64,000 bases of DNA, from assembly GCA_013239625.1 (NCBI GenBank), contig MU056050.1, positions 792,084 to 856,083 on the forward strand. Direction: 5' to 3'. This DNA comes from Lama guanicoe (Eukaryota). The notes below the pieces were generated by a model, which was not told the DNA's origin, searched no databases, and saw nothing but the letters and a program-made list of their open reading frames with translations. The translations under genes and the position numbers were made by a program. Shown one piece after another: positions 1 through 12,430 of the stretch (within the stretch, counting starts at the first letter, position 1; every line of letters begins with the position of its first letter).

Positions 1-540
1 GGAGGGCCCAGGTTGTTCTGTCCTGTACACCCACAGCCCCGGCGCCCAGCCCCTTGCAGTCCCCCGGAGCTGCCTCCGTGCAGCCGCCCCCGTCCTCCGC
101 CCGGCTTGTGCAGCCTGGCCCTGCCCGCCGCTGCCGGCCCGCGTCTCAGGCTGGGTGTCGGGGGGACGCTCTGTGCCCGTTTAACTTAGTTCTGTCAGAC
201 AAGGGCTGTTCTGTACAGATCCGAGCCTTGGAGGCTCCCCCTCCGTGCCGCTGGCCTCTCGGTTGGAGAGGGGAGACCCAGCGAGCGAGCGCCAGTCCTC
301 CTTTGCCGCTCCCTCCCCGCGGGACCCGTCCCGCGCTGCTTTGCCTTTTGTTCTTTCTTTTTTCCTTTTCTCCTACCAGATTTTTGGCGTCTTTGTCTTT
401 TGAAGAGGGCGATGTTCTGTCGGAGTTCCGCAGGTGCTCTGGTTGGCTGAGTGGGTCTGTAGATGTGGGTCTTGGTGTATTTGTGGGAGAGGGTGACTTA
501 CAAGCGTCCTTCTACTCCGCCATCTTGCCCGGAAGTCCTC
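1..540 (-). mobile_element. LINE-1 5' UTR / 5' terminus of a young, probably full-length L1 continuing left of the window
   Basis: Minus strand starts GGAGGACTTCCGGGCAAGATGGCGGAGTAGAAGGACG (YY1-type AAGATGGCGG at 517-526). The region is CpG-rich. The flank reads TTT|AAGAAATGAG on the minus strand, an L1 endonuclease-type site. Confidence 0.85.
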
Positions 541-584
541 CCTCATTTCTTAAACCCATTCACATCCTCTTAATAAATACTACT

Positions 585-752
585 AATAATAATAGCTACA
601 AATAGTGCTTATTGAGGTACTTTTCCAAGGACTTTACATGTATTTAGTCATTTAATCTTCACTGCAGCTATATGAGGTAGGTAGCAGTGGTCTTCTCATT
701 TTACAGATGAGTCGAGTAAGGCACAGAGAGTTGATATAACTTACCCAAGATC
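585..752 (-). mobile_element. MIR SINE, 3'/core part (interrupted by L2)
   Basis: CATTTTACAGATGAG...GGCACAGAGAG...AACTTACCCAAGATCA core motif. Confidence 0.8.
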
Positions 753-2165
753 ATTTATTAATTCACGAAATAGTCACTAGTCATTTTCTAACTTCCAGGA
801 ATAATTTTAGGTGCTGGGACTAGGACAGTGAACAAAGCAGATGATAGTTTGTGCCCTAATTTAGCTTACATTCTGGTGTATACATCTGGAGATAGATGAT
901 AAACAGAAAAATTAAATTTATAATATGTTGGAGGAAAATAATTGAGGGAGGGTATATCAAAGGCTTGGATGGAGGGTGTTGATACATTATTAAATGGGGA
1001 TAGATTCGGCCTTGCTGATAATTATATTTGAGCAAAACCTGAAAGAATTCAGGGAAGGATCTATGTAGTTATGTAGGGTAAGAGTTTTCTAGGTAGAGTG
1101 AACGAAAAGTACAAAGAAGCTGAGGTCGAGTCTTGCTCGGTTTATTCAAGGAAGACTTAGGAGGCCACCATAGTTAGAGTGCAGTGAGTTAGAACGTGGA
1201 GAGTAGTAGGAGATAAAGTAAGGGGGATCACAGTGAGGGGAGGAGGGCTCTTTGTAGACCATTGTAATGATTTAGCTTTTAATCTGAGTGAGAAAGTCAT
1301 CTGAGGATTTTGAACTGACTAGGGATATGATCTGACTTACATTTTAGTAGTATCCGTAAAACAGACTATGGGGAGCCATGACAAAACAGGAAGATGTTAG
1401 GAAACTATTATAAATAATTCATGTAAGAGATGATGGTGGCTTAGACCAGGGTGGTAGTGGTAGAGGACTTGAGAATTGGTTAAATTTTGGAAAGATTATT
1501 AAAGTAGATCAGTGGGGTCTGCTAACCAAATGCATTGGCATGTGAGAGAAAAATAGGAGTTAAAAATGACACCAAAGTTTTTGGCCTTAGCAATTGGGAG
1601 TTGCCAACAAATGAAATGGAAGAAATGGTTGGAGGAGCAGGTTTGAGAGGTAAGAGCCGGAGTTTGGTTTTGGATGTGTTAGGTTTTAGAGGCCTATCAG
1701 TCAGCCAAGTGGGAGGTATTATGGAAATGGTTGCATATATACACCTGAAGTTCACAGGAGGTGCACTGGCTGGAATTGTAAATTTGGGATATATCAATGA
1801 TTAGATGCCATGGGACTGAAAGAGATCAACAAGAGTGAGTATAGAAGGAGCAGAGGAGAAATTTCAGAACTAAGCCCTGGAATATTCAAGCATGTAGAGA
1901 CAGGGAAGAGGAAGAGCTAAAATGGGAAACTAAGAAGTCACTGAGGTAGGAGGAAAACCCAGGAGAGTGTGTTGACCTAAAGTTCAGGTAAAGAATATTT
2001 CAAGTTGGAGAGATATAATGGTAAGTACTGCTGGAAGTCAAATAAGGTGAGGACTGACAATTTACCATTGGATTTAGCAACATGGACATCATACTTGACC
2101 TTGACAAGAGCAGTTTTGTGAAGTGGTGATGGCAAAAGCTTGACTGGAGCAGCTTTAATGGAATC
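753..2165 (-). mobile_element. L2 LINE (L2a-like), 3' ~1.4 kb
   Basis: L2 3'-end reverse complement (CTGGGACTAGGACAGTGAACAAAGCAGA) and typical L2 internal blocks (GATGATGGTGGCTTAGACCAGGGTGGTAG; GGATTTAGCAACATGG; GACCTTGACAAGAGCAGTTT). Confidence 0.85.
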
Positions 2166-2252
2166 CACACAGATAGAAAGTGATCAGGACTCAGTGGACT
2201 TGTAAACTCAGGCAGCCATATTCTAAAGCTCATGCTCTTAATCATTACCATA
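2166..2252 (-). mobile_element. MIR SINE, 5' part (continuation of 585-752)
   Basis: CACACAGATAGAAAGTG...AACTCAGGCAG...GCTCATGCTCTTAATCATTA resumes the MIR consensus where it broke at 752. Confidence 0.7.
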
Positions 2253-2541
2253 TTTATTTCTTAGTAGATTATAATATCATGTACTCTCTTCATTCACATT
2301 TAAATGTCCCTTGCCCTCAAATAAGATGAGAATGATTTCCTTAAATTTTTTTTTTTTTTTACTAATTTCACTGTAATTTCAGGCACCATTAAAAGCCAGT
2401 GTAGGAATGTTACTGGGATTTCACAAAATATACTAAAAAGCCTCTGAGAAACCATGTGGAAAGTTTTAGAAAATTGAGTGTGGTGTCAAAATAACCCTTT
2501 TCAACTTTTGCTCTTTTGGACTGCTTCCTTAGCTGGTTGTA

Positions 2542-2630
2542 GGTGTGGTGGTGGTGGGGGGGGGCAGGGAGGCAGGGTGAGGGAGAGGTAGGGGAGGAGA
2601 GGGGGAAGGGGAAAGAGAAGAGAGGAGAGA
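2542..2630 (+). repeat. G-rich / polypurine low-complexity tract
   Basis: (GGT)n, a long G-run and multiple GGG/GGGG runs followed by a GA-rich tract. Confidence 0.8.
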
Positions 2631-3744
2631 ATAACTCAGTTGTCCATGCTCAGGCAAGGCACATAATCTGGTCATCTTGTTGGGGACAGTTGAGTATTGC
2701 CTGTAGGTCACGCTATCTGTTCTGTTACTTTATCTCATGTAATTTCATTTTGTAAATTGTATCTTTCACAGTAGTTTATAAATAGCTCTAGGCTAAGGGC
2801 CCAGACTTCCCTTTATTCATATAGTAAGCCCTCAGTAAATGCCTCTTTGACAGCTAGAGAGCAACTCACCTGTGAACAGAGGTTTATTCCCCTTTAAACA
2901 TATTTGGGGTATACAAGTCTGTCATTGTAATAGACTTTTCCATGATGTGATACTCATAGTTTATTTTTGTTACAAATTTCAATCATCACAAAATTTTGTG
3001 ATGTTGATACAGTTACAGAGCAAAGAGATGTAGAATTTGTTTTACAATTGTATAACTGGTTTATAGAATATTTTTAATCTTTTATATGGTTACAAAATTG
3101 TTTCTCTAGGTTGTTGGAGTATTTCACTGCATTGTTCAGATGTTGGGTAGGGGTGGAGATGTGCTTCTGAACCTCCTGATTCTTTGTTATGGTCTCTGAA
3201 CAAAATCCCAAGCACTGCATGTTTTTAATGTATCCAAATGCCACAGCAGGTTCTTGATTCCTAGTTTATGTCAATGCATGAAGGTTATTCAGATACATGT
3301 GCTCCAGCAGGTAATGGAATGTCAATCTCAGCAGATGCCAATTAGACATTCCTGGGCCATCAGGGCCCTAAGGCATCCAGTCTTGTATAATATAAAATTG
3401 TAATCAGCTGGATGGATCAGCAGAGTTCAGGAGCCATAAATCTAGTTAGAAATACCTTCTCAGTACCAGATGGCCGTGTCAGGAAAGATAATGGAGAAAG
3501 TCCTTCTGAGATGACCAGTGAGCAATTCACAGTAGTTCTGCAGAAGATGTTAGATACGTGACCTCCTCCTTTGTATGGAGGGTTTTTGTTGTTGTTGCTG
3601 CTGTTTTTAATCAGAGATGTATTTTGGCAAACAGTTACAGGATGTCTGAGGAAGTGTAATTCTTAGTATGACTTGTTCTGGACCAAACAGAATGCATCTT
3701 GGTGTTAATATATCTTGGCACTGGCAGCACTGGCAATGCCTACA

Positions 3745-4120
3745 TAGGATAGTAGAAATAGCATTGGACTGTGACTTGGAAACCTAGGCTCAAGTCCTAT
3801 CTCTGCCACTAATTAGTATTGTGTATACCTTAAGCAAATCCCTTCTTTTCTGTGAGCCTTAGTGTCCTTACTGGAAAGGGATGGAGTTTAGATTAAGAGT
3901 TTGCAGACTTTAAGATGCATAAGAACTATGTAAAGGAATGTGTAAAAAATTCAGATTTTTGGTCATCCTCCAGTTTTTATCTTTTGATTCAATGTGTTTA
4001 GATGAGGCCCAGGAATCTTCTTATTGAGAGGCATCTCAAAGGATCTATATGGTTTAAAGTACACTCTTTGAGGAACTGGATTAGATGATTTCTAAGGTCT
4101 TTTCCGGCTCTTACAGTTTG
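3745..4120 (+). mobile_element. MIR3/MIRc SINE interrupted by a MER5-type hAT-Charlie element (~3897-4078)
   Basis: MIR body to ~3895, MER5-like block (CAGATTTTTGG...GAGGCCCAGGAATC...TTTGAGGAACTG), then MIR3 tail GGATTAGATGATTTCTAAGGTCTTTTCCGGCTCT. Confidence 0.65.
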
Positions 4121-4599
4121 TTCTTTCTGGTGGCTTTACTTCTGTTTTGGAATGGGAACAATTCATTTTTGTACCTTCATTTTCCTTTCTCTTTGTTCAT
4201 ATTCTTTCCTTCTCTTCCCACCTCTCCCTTGGCCCCGCTGTCTCACATATAAGGTAACAACTGGGTCCAGTGGGGATGGGAATGACTCAGGGAGCACTAA
4301 CTCTGAAAGGACAGGTAGGGTCCCTGTTGGCACAGGTCGAGAGACAGGCACAACTAAGCCATATTCCCCGCTTTTGGGTGGAGAAATGCATGTTCTGATA
4401 AGAGATACCTAATAAGTGGCAGGAGGGTGGTGTCACAGGATGCAGAGAGAAGTTAAGGGCCTTTTGATGGGTAGATCTGAAATGCTTTTTTTCCTGTCAC
4501 CTTACTTGTGATCTGTTGGATACCACTAGCAATTGGAATAGCCTAAAGCACACAAGCAGAGAGAGATGCTGTTTAAGTCAAACTTTGAGGTGGCCGTTC

Positions 4600-4775
4600 A
4601 CACTGTTCTTAACCTGGCTGCACATTAGAATTCCCTGGACAGCGTTGAAGAATAATGATGCCTAGATCATGCCACAGAGTAATGAAATCCAAACCTCCGA
4701 GGGTGGGTGTGGGTATTGACTTCTTTTAAAATATACCAGATGATTTTAACGTGCACCCAGAGTTAAGAACCACTG
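4600..4775. mobile_element. MER5A-type hAT-Charlie MITE
   Basis: Terminal CACTGTTCTTAAC...GTTAAGAACCACTG inverted ends and internal GGCTGCACATTAGAAT. Confidence 0.8.
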
Positions 4776-5639
4776 TTATAGGAGGGTTACTTTTAGAAGT
4801 GAGAGAAATAAGACTTAAATAACTGGTCTTCTAGCATGTTGCTAAGCTGCTGGCCAGTGCTGTCTCAGTCTGGTAGGCCTGAAAGTTTGTTTTTTTGGTG
4901 TTCCCTCTCTCCAGTTGGCACCTAGCTGTCCTCAACTGTGGGTTCTAACGTCTCTTAACAAAGCATGTGCTTATGATGCCAGCCTCTGTCTATACATCTA
5001 GACTCTTCTGCCTGTGCATCCTCTTACCCAGGCTCAGTGCTCTGCTTTCAGCCATGGTAGGGAATGCTCAGTTTGAGTGTCTGCATAATAAGAATTTGCT
5101 TTAAAGAATCAAGAGGTTTTTGGCCTTTATTGTAGTGGGAGACTTTGAGGCCACTCACTGATATTGTCTGAATTTTAGCTTTTGCATGTTCTACCGATTC
5201 CAGCAATAAAAACCAAATATGTGAAGTGAGAGTTTTCTCTGATTTGGCTCGAGTCATGATTCATTTTCTTCCAACTCTCAATACTAGTTACTGAGGGGAA
5301 TATTTTGATCTATATTGACTGGTCTCCTTTTATATGTTGTTTTTGAACATACCCCATTTATACCTTGTCTTTAGAAACAGCAGAATCTCTCGCATGGTCA
5401 GTTTCTTTGTTGGCTTTCAGCATTGAAGTGGTCAGAAGATTTTTATTCCTCTAAAGATCATGTAAACAATTTGCATTGTACAATAAGCTTTCCAATCCAC
5501 ACTTTCATTTGATCCTTCCAGCAAGTCCATGCAGTAGGCTAGGCACGAGCCATTAGCATTGTTTTAAAGATGAGATTAAGGTGCAGAGAAGTCACTTGTC
5601 TCAGGTTTTTGCAGTCAGAACTCAAAAGCCAATTTTCTG

Positions 5640-5825
5640 CGTAGCACATAACACTATCAGATATCTTTCATACTGTTTGCTTATTTGTTTCTTATCTGGC
5701 TACTCTGCCACTAGAATGTAAGTTTGATGTGAACAGGGCCCTTACCTGTCATGTTCACCTCTGTATCCCCAGAGACCACATTGGTGCATGGCATATAGTG
5801 AATGCTTTTGTTGAATATTGAAAGA
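5640..5825 (+). mobile_element. L2 3' end, preceded by a degraded minus-strand MIR at ~5480-5640
   Basis: CTAGAATGTAAG...TGTTCACCTCTGTATCCCCAG...TGGCATATAGT...TTTGTTGAAT. Confidence 0.75.
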
Positions 5826-8199
5826 AACCTTAATCTTCTTGCCCTAAATCCTGTATTTTTAAAAATTCTTTATGGCTCCTCTGCTTTTGTTAGTGTTCAA
5901 AGAGATAGATGGAAAAATACACAAATGGTTGCGAGCCAGGACCAGAACCCAGGTTGTTTAATTCTCAGTAGAGTAGATTTGTGTTACTTCATTTTATTTT
6001 TGGATGCTGGTGGATCTAATGTTATACTATATTTTAGAAAGATCCTTGAATGATGATACGCATACTGTAAGGCCTCTGATAACCAGCCTTCTACCAAGTT
6101 ACGGAGTAGGAGAAGTTTGTCTTTGTCTGTACATCCACCCCCACCCCACCCCCCAGCTAAGCCAGAGCTTTGGTAGTCGGTGTTCTGAGGGTACTAGATG
6201 TTTCTACTGTGGGGCCCCACCCTAGTCTGCCCCCCAGTGTTTAGAGCCTTTCCAGATTCCTTCACTGCTATCAAATTTTCACTGTCCTTTGACCCGCTTA
6301 GTGCAGATGTCAGTTGCTAGCTGGATGGAGTCACCTTACCTCTTTGGGTCTCAATTTTCTTACCAAATAACAAAGATGATAATATATCCTCCTTTCCTAT
6401 GCCATCTGAGTGATATAAACATATAAAATAAACATGTATAGTTTATAAAACATATTACAAATATGAGATATTATTGGGTTTTTCTAGGAAACTGCTTAAT
6501 ATGTTAAACAAATTCTTCTAGGGCCCTAAGCTTTTTATGATGGTTTGAGTTACCTTTACTGAGTTACCCAGTTAAATTTTAACAAAGGCATTCAGTACCT
6601 TCAACCTAACAGAGTAATCCCGATGGTGGGGATTTTAAGAGTCTTGGCAGATCTGTGAGGAACAGATTTTTATTTGGGGATGGGAGAAGAAGAGGTTTTT
6701 AGGGCTTTTCTTCTCACTCTCTTTGTAATACGGCTTACCTTAACTCTTTGTTCATCCTATGTAGCTACTACCTGTGCTCAGTCACAAATAATTGATCAGG
6801 ACTGCCAGTGTGTTGTGATGGCCAGTTTGGCCTGAAATGATTTAAGCTGATCCCAGATAGTTAGGGTCCATTTGGTTCACCTCCAGAAGGTTTCTTGGCA
6901 TAGTCCTCCCAATCCCAGGAGGCAACAGAGCTCTACTGCGCAGATACCGTTGAATTTGGACAAAGTGTTGTTTTGCCTGTTTGTGTTTTGTGATTGGGGG
7001 ACTAATGGCAATGAGGTAAAAGGTGAAGGTTTGATAGTGTACAGAAGCCCTAATTTGAAAATGCTGGGGCCAAACAGGAAGGTGTCTGATTCATATGGAA
7101 ACTTGCCCCAATGTGTACTCAGTGGGGCCCTGTTGTCAAAATCTGTCAGCAAGGGCCTTTTGCAGAGTTGTGAGACCCAGAGGTTAGTATCTTTTCTGGC
7201 ATTTTCTTGTCAGAGCCATCATTCCAGAAAATTACAGAGTGTGGATTGAAACTAAGATTATAGGTTTAAACAAGCCTTGCCTCTCTCTAACTAGGGACAG
7301 CCTAAGCAATGCCCAGAAGCTAAATTTGGTCTCAGTCATTATGAAAATTGAAAGTAATGCTTTACAATTAAGAGTTTGAAAACAGCCTTTAATTTAGATT
7401 CCATAAAATATTAATGGGGTGGGAGAGTGTGATGTTGAGGGCTCAGGGGGCCTTTATTAAAGATGAATGGAGGCTTTTAAAGCTTTGTTACTAGTTTAAA
7501 TGTGGTTCAAAGGCCATGGCAATCTGAAGGCATTGAGATTGGTTGGTTATCTCAGGTCCTGTGCAATGGACTATTCAACATCCTTGTAGCAAGAATCACT
7601 AGAATTACTGCCTAGAAAAGCTGAACGGAGGGTAGGATTCTAGATAGGTAAGGTGGACTGTAAATAAATGGAGCTTAGAAATAAAGAAATCGTGAGTTTA
7701 GGAAACAGGGATATTCTGGAAGGATGGAGGAAATTAAAAAAAAAAAAAGAAAACATAGAAAATCTGTCTTAGCCTGAAATGTAAAGAAGGAAGGAATAGC
7801 CAGGACAGAGTGCAGGTGGGACTAAGTTGAAAAAGAAAACAAAGAAAAACATTGGAAGATATCCTGTATCTTCCAGGGCTAAAAGGGAAGGTAGCAGGAT
7901 CCTGATGGAGAGACCATCATACTGTGAAGGAGGCTGATATGAGTCTGGCCATGGGTGGAGAAGGTCACACCCTGAGCTGGAAAGAAAGATTTGATGTAGG
8001 TAAAATTGGGAATTTTTCATTATTACAGGAAATGATTGAGTTTATAAGTCATAGGCCTATTGGGGTTTGTATCCATGAACAAGGGAACAGTACTCTTATT
8101 GAATTAAGTTGTACTGGGATGTTGGGAAAAATTTCAATTTGATCAGAAAACACATTTTATTTTTATTCAGTATACTGATTTCATAAGCTCTTCTCACTC

Positions 8200-8380
8200 A
8201 CTCACATGCACATTTATATCATACTTACCATTCTGCACTTTGCTTTTATCACTTAAAATATCTAGAGATCATTTTATGCCAGTATGTAGATAGACCCCAT
8301 TAGTATTTTTTGTTGTGACTTCATAACATTGCATTAATGGGTATGCCATAACTTATTAAGCAGTCCTCTATTATGGACCC
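8200..8380 (-). mobile_element. Old L1 (L1ME-like) 3' UTR fragment
   Basis: TTTGCTTTTATCACTTAAAATATCT...GTATGCCATAACTTATT pattern. Confidence 0.55.
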
Positions 8381-8398
8381 TCAAGTTAAAACTCATCT

Positions 8399-9520
8399 TC
8401 TACTTCTGCACAGCAGAGGAAATGAAAAAACAACCTACAGAATGGGAGAAAATACTTGAAAACCACACATGTGATAAGGGTAATATCCAAAGTAATTAAG
8501 GAAATAATATAGCTCAATAGCAAAAAAAAAAAAAAAGAAATCCACTTAAAAATGGGCAAAGAACTTAAATATTTTTCCAGAGAAGTTGTTCAGATGGCCA
8601 ACAGGTACGTGAAAAGATGTTCAACATCACTACTCATCAGGGAAATGCAAATGAAAACCACAATGAGATTCACCTCCCACCTGTTAGAATAGCTATTTTC
8701 AAAAAGACAAGAGATGAGTGTTGGTGAGGATATAAAGAAAAGGGAACCCTGTACACTGCTGGTGGGAATGTAATGGTGAAGCCACTATAGAAAACAACAT
8801 GGAGATTCCTCAGAAAATTAAAAACAGAACTACAGTATGATCCAGCAACTCCACTTTTGAATATTTATCTGAAGGAAATGAAATCTCTCTCCTAAAGGGA
8901 TACCTGCATACCTGTGTTCACTGAAGCACTAAATACAATAGCCAATACAGGAAAACACCTTAAGTGCCCATCGATGGATGGATAAAGAAAATGTGATACA
9001 CACACACACTCTCTCTCTCTCTCTGTCTTTCAGATAGGAATATTATTCAGCCATAAAAAGGAAATCTTGCCATTTGTGATAACTTGGATGGACCTTCAAG
9101 GCATTATGCTAAGTTAAATAAGTCAAAGACAAATACTGTATGGTTTCACTTATAGAATGTGCAATCTGAAAAAACCAAACTCACAGAAACAGCACAGATT
9201 GGTAGTTGCCAGAGGTGAGGGGTAGAGGTGGGGAAATGGGGTGAAAGGTGGTCAAAAGTTACAAACTTCCAGCTATCAGATAAATAAGTCTTTGGGATGT
9301 AATGTACAGCATGATGACTATAGTTAATGATACTGCATTATATATCTGATAGTTGCTAAGACAGTAGATCTTAAAAGTTCTCATCATAAGAAAACAAAAT
9401 TTGTAACTGTGTGAAGGACATTAACTTATTGTGGTAGTCATTTTGTAATATATACATATCAAATTGTACACCTAAAACTTATATAGTTATATATAAATTA
9501 TATCAATAAAACTGGAAAAA
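8399..9520 (+). mobile_element. 5'-truncated L1 (L1MA9-like): ORF2 C-terminus remnant and 3' UTR
   Basis: ACAGAATGGGAGAAAATA, CAGGGAAATGCAAAT, CTGGTGGGAATGTAA motifs; AATAAA near 9505; TSD TAAAACTCATCT (8387-8398) / TAAAATTCATCT (9521-9532). Confidence 0.9.
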
Positions 9521-10049
9521 TAAAATTCATCTCTTTTAATTGTATGCCATTGAGTTAACCATAATAGAGTTGTAGAAAAGCCTCAGTAGTTAAGTGTGCT
9601 TCTTTTAAAAGGAGGAAAAAGCAGTATATATTTTGTTATAGCCAGATGTGATTCTAGTGATGCTAATCAGAAAAATTGTAAGAGTTAATAGCTCAAGGTC
9701 TATTTTTATTCTGGTTGTAACCAAAAATTGGTGAAAATTTCATCTCTGTTCTTTTTGTAAAAATTGAGATATAATTAACATGACCAGCTATCGTGTGGAT
9801 CCTAAACCAGGTACCAGGTACACATTCTGAATCTTCATGTTTATTTTAAACCTGCTGACTGCCTAGTTCATCTTGACCCACCAACTTGGGATTGTAGAAA
9901 AGTAACTGTGTGAACATTCCTATAGTTTAGTTCTCAGAGTTTGACTAAGGGTCATTGTCATGACTACAGACATCGTCTTAATCCTCCATTAAAAAAAGAG
10001 TTGGTGTCTACTGACTCTGCATGAGCAAAGACAAATCTACTTTATTTTA

Positions 10050-11050
10050 CTCCTACCTCCTTTTCCTACCATACTACTCTTCCCTCTCCCAGTCATAGCT
10101 GGTTACATTATTTTCTTGGATTATTTGTTTAGCTTTATCTTTTTAAATATGCCTATACATCTGACTTGATTTATCAGCCTTACATGATACCCTTTGGTCC
10201 CCAGATTTAATATATGAAGAAATCAGTACACTTTTAAGTCCTACCTACTCTTCCCCTGCTCATTTGTTTTTAGTTATATAATTTTGTGTTGTCATCTATA
10301 AGATTTATATTTTACTCTGTAACCATAATTTCCAGTGTTGATTTACTTTTAGTCCTGTATAAATGGTTTCCGTGCTCAGTGCTAATCCTCTTGTGAGAGA
10401 TTCTCTATCCATCTTTTGAGTGGGCTGACATCTGTCCTCCAGTAGTTTTTTCAAGATATGCTCACTGGAATGATACTCCGTAAGTTCTTCTATGATCCAA
10501 AACATTTGTTGCTTTTGTTTGTGAAAGACAATGTAGCAGGATGTGGCTGACATTTTTCTTTTCCTGAGGATTTTGTGGACAGACATTTGCTTGACTTTCT
10601 TCTTGTGTTGAATGTTGCATTGGAGACATCTAAGGCCAGCCTGATAATGTTCCTTATCAGTGACTTCTTTTTTTTTTTGTCTAAATGCCCAAAGGATTCT
10701 TTGTTCTTGAAATTCAGTTATTTTACTAAGATATGTTTTAGTCCTCATTGTCCTGTACCAATTTTTCTAGGATTGTGGTGCTTTTCTTCAATCTATACAT
10801 TTGGGGTTTTTTTGTTTCTGGGAAGATTTAAATATTTTCTGGTCTGTTTTGCTTTATTTTTTATATTCCTCAATTATGTTTGTATTGAATGTCCTTTGTC
10901 TATCTTTTATATATCGATTGTGTTATTTTGAATCCTGTTAAACTTTTTGTTTATTTCCCATTTTTGCCTATTTAAGTCCTGCATACCATATTTCTTACCT
11001 GGTTTTCATCAGTATTGATTCTCCTTTGTGTTATTTATAATTTGGTTTTA
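10050..11050 (-). mobile_element. HAL1 (half-L1) ORF1-like remnant
   Basis: ORF 10305-10748(-) contains RILWAFRQKKKEVT and EELTEYHSSEHILKKLLED, resembling the HAL1/L1 ORF1p C-terminal half with frameshifts. Confidence 0.7.
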
Positions 11051-11214
11051 TTATCTTATTTCATTGTCTTTTTTTTTTTTGGTTTACCAAGTTTAATTCT
11101 TATCGTATATGTTAGTTCATATAATAAGATCATTCTATAAAATAATTTATAGTTTATAAATTTCTTATGGAATAAATATTTCTTTCTAACCACTACTCAT
11201 TTTTAAAGTTTTAA

Positions 11215-11420
11215 TCTATGTGTCCTTTCCTCTAGGAAACTCTGACCCCTCAAATGCAGCTCTCATAGCCTTCAGTGCTTTCCTGATTATAGCACTTACC
11301 ACACAGTTTTGAAAATTCCTGTTTATTTGTCTGGAAACTAGATTTTAAGCTTTGAAAAGTCAGGGACTGTGTTTATTGTTCTTGCTCAGTGATGCATCCC
11401 CAGCATCTGGCCTGTAATAA
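11215..11420 (+). mobile_element. L2 3' end
   Basis: TAGCACTTACCACA...GTTTATTTGTCT...CAGGGACTGTG...GCATCCCCAGCA. Confidence 0.7.
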
Positions 11421-12169
11421 CCTTGCCATTTATGCCCTGAATTGTCTGGAAGGGCTTCAAGATGAAGCTCATCGCCGGAAAGAACAGTCTTGTGACTTGC
11501 TAATTATGAGCATGCACTGAATTTTTAGCATGGTGCAAAAAACAGTTCTGTACTCTTCTCAGTTGTTCAACTTACAGTTCTGAGTTATATGAATGCTCCA
11601 GGAGTCCATTCTTTACCTAATGACCTCCAGCTTCCATTTTCTATCTTTTGCCCTTCCCCAGCGTCTGACTTTCTAGTCATCAAAACCATGGACTTTCACT
11701 TGAGACTTTTTTCAGCGAGTATCGAGGATGATTTTGCAGGATAGTTGGTTAAAGGCTTTTTTGGGATCAGGCTGAAATCTTTCAGTTGCTTCAGAGTGAT
11801 CCATCTATGTGACAAATATTTTTCTTACTAATGTTGGTTGCTCATTACTTTGCTAAAATTGTCACTTACCACTAAAGATGCCAATAATAAAGAAGGTAGA
11901 TGGGGATGAGGAGTGAGAAATCCTGCTTTGCCAATTCTAGGATGTGCTCAGTAAGTACTTCTTAGTGAAGGAATGAGTTGTGAGGATTAAATGGGTTAAA
12001 TTATGTAAGACACTGTTAAAACACCGTGAACGTTGCCTGCCAAAAAGAATAAACAGTGCCTGCTCAGTAATTACTAGATATTATTGTTACTTCTTCTAAT
12101 ACAGCTTATAACATACACTTCATTATTTGTATTAGGTTTTTATGGCTCCATTTTATCTCCTTAAGTGAT

Positions 12170-12430
12170 CTTGGGGTAATGTAATATAGTGAAAAAAGTA
12201 TGAATTCGAGATCCAGACTACCAGAGTTTGAGTCCTAGCTCTGCTACTTAGTAGCTGTCTCTCTGATCTTGGACAAGTTACTTAACCTAAGTGAATCTTG
12301 ACTTCATCATTGTATAATGAGGATAATTATACCAACATACTGCAGGGAATCTTTTTGAGGATTAAGTGGTATGTTGCTTTGAGAGTCCCGGATACAGTAG
12401 ATGCCCCCTGAATGGGAATGCTATTACCAT
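12170..12430 (+). mobile_element. MIRb-type SINE (another MIR 3' fragment at ~11975-12090)
   Basis: GTTTGAGTCCTAGCTCTGCTACTTAGTAGCTG...TTGGACAAGTTACTTAACCT. Confidence 0.85.

Noticed and set aside
1522..2251. Overlapping 60-90 aa ORFs on both strands
   Set aside because: They lie inside a decayed L2 and show no coherent reading frame
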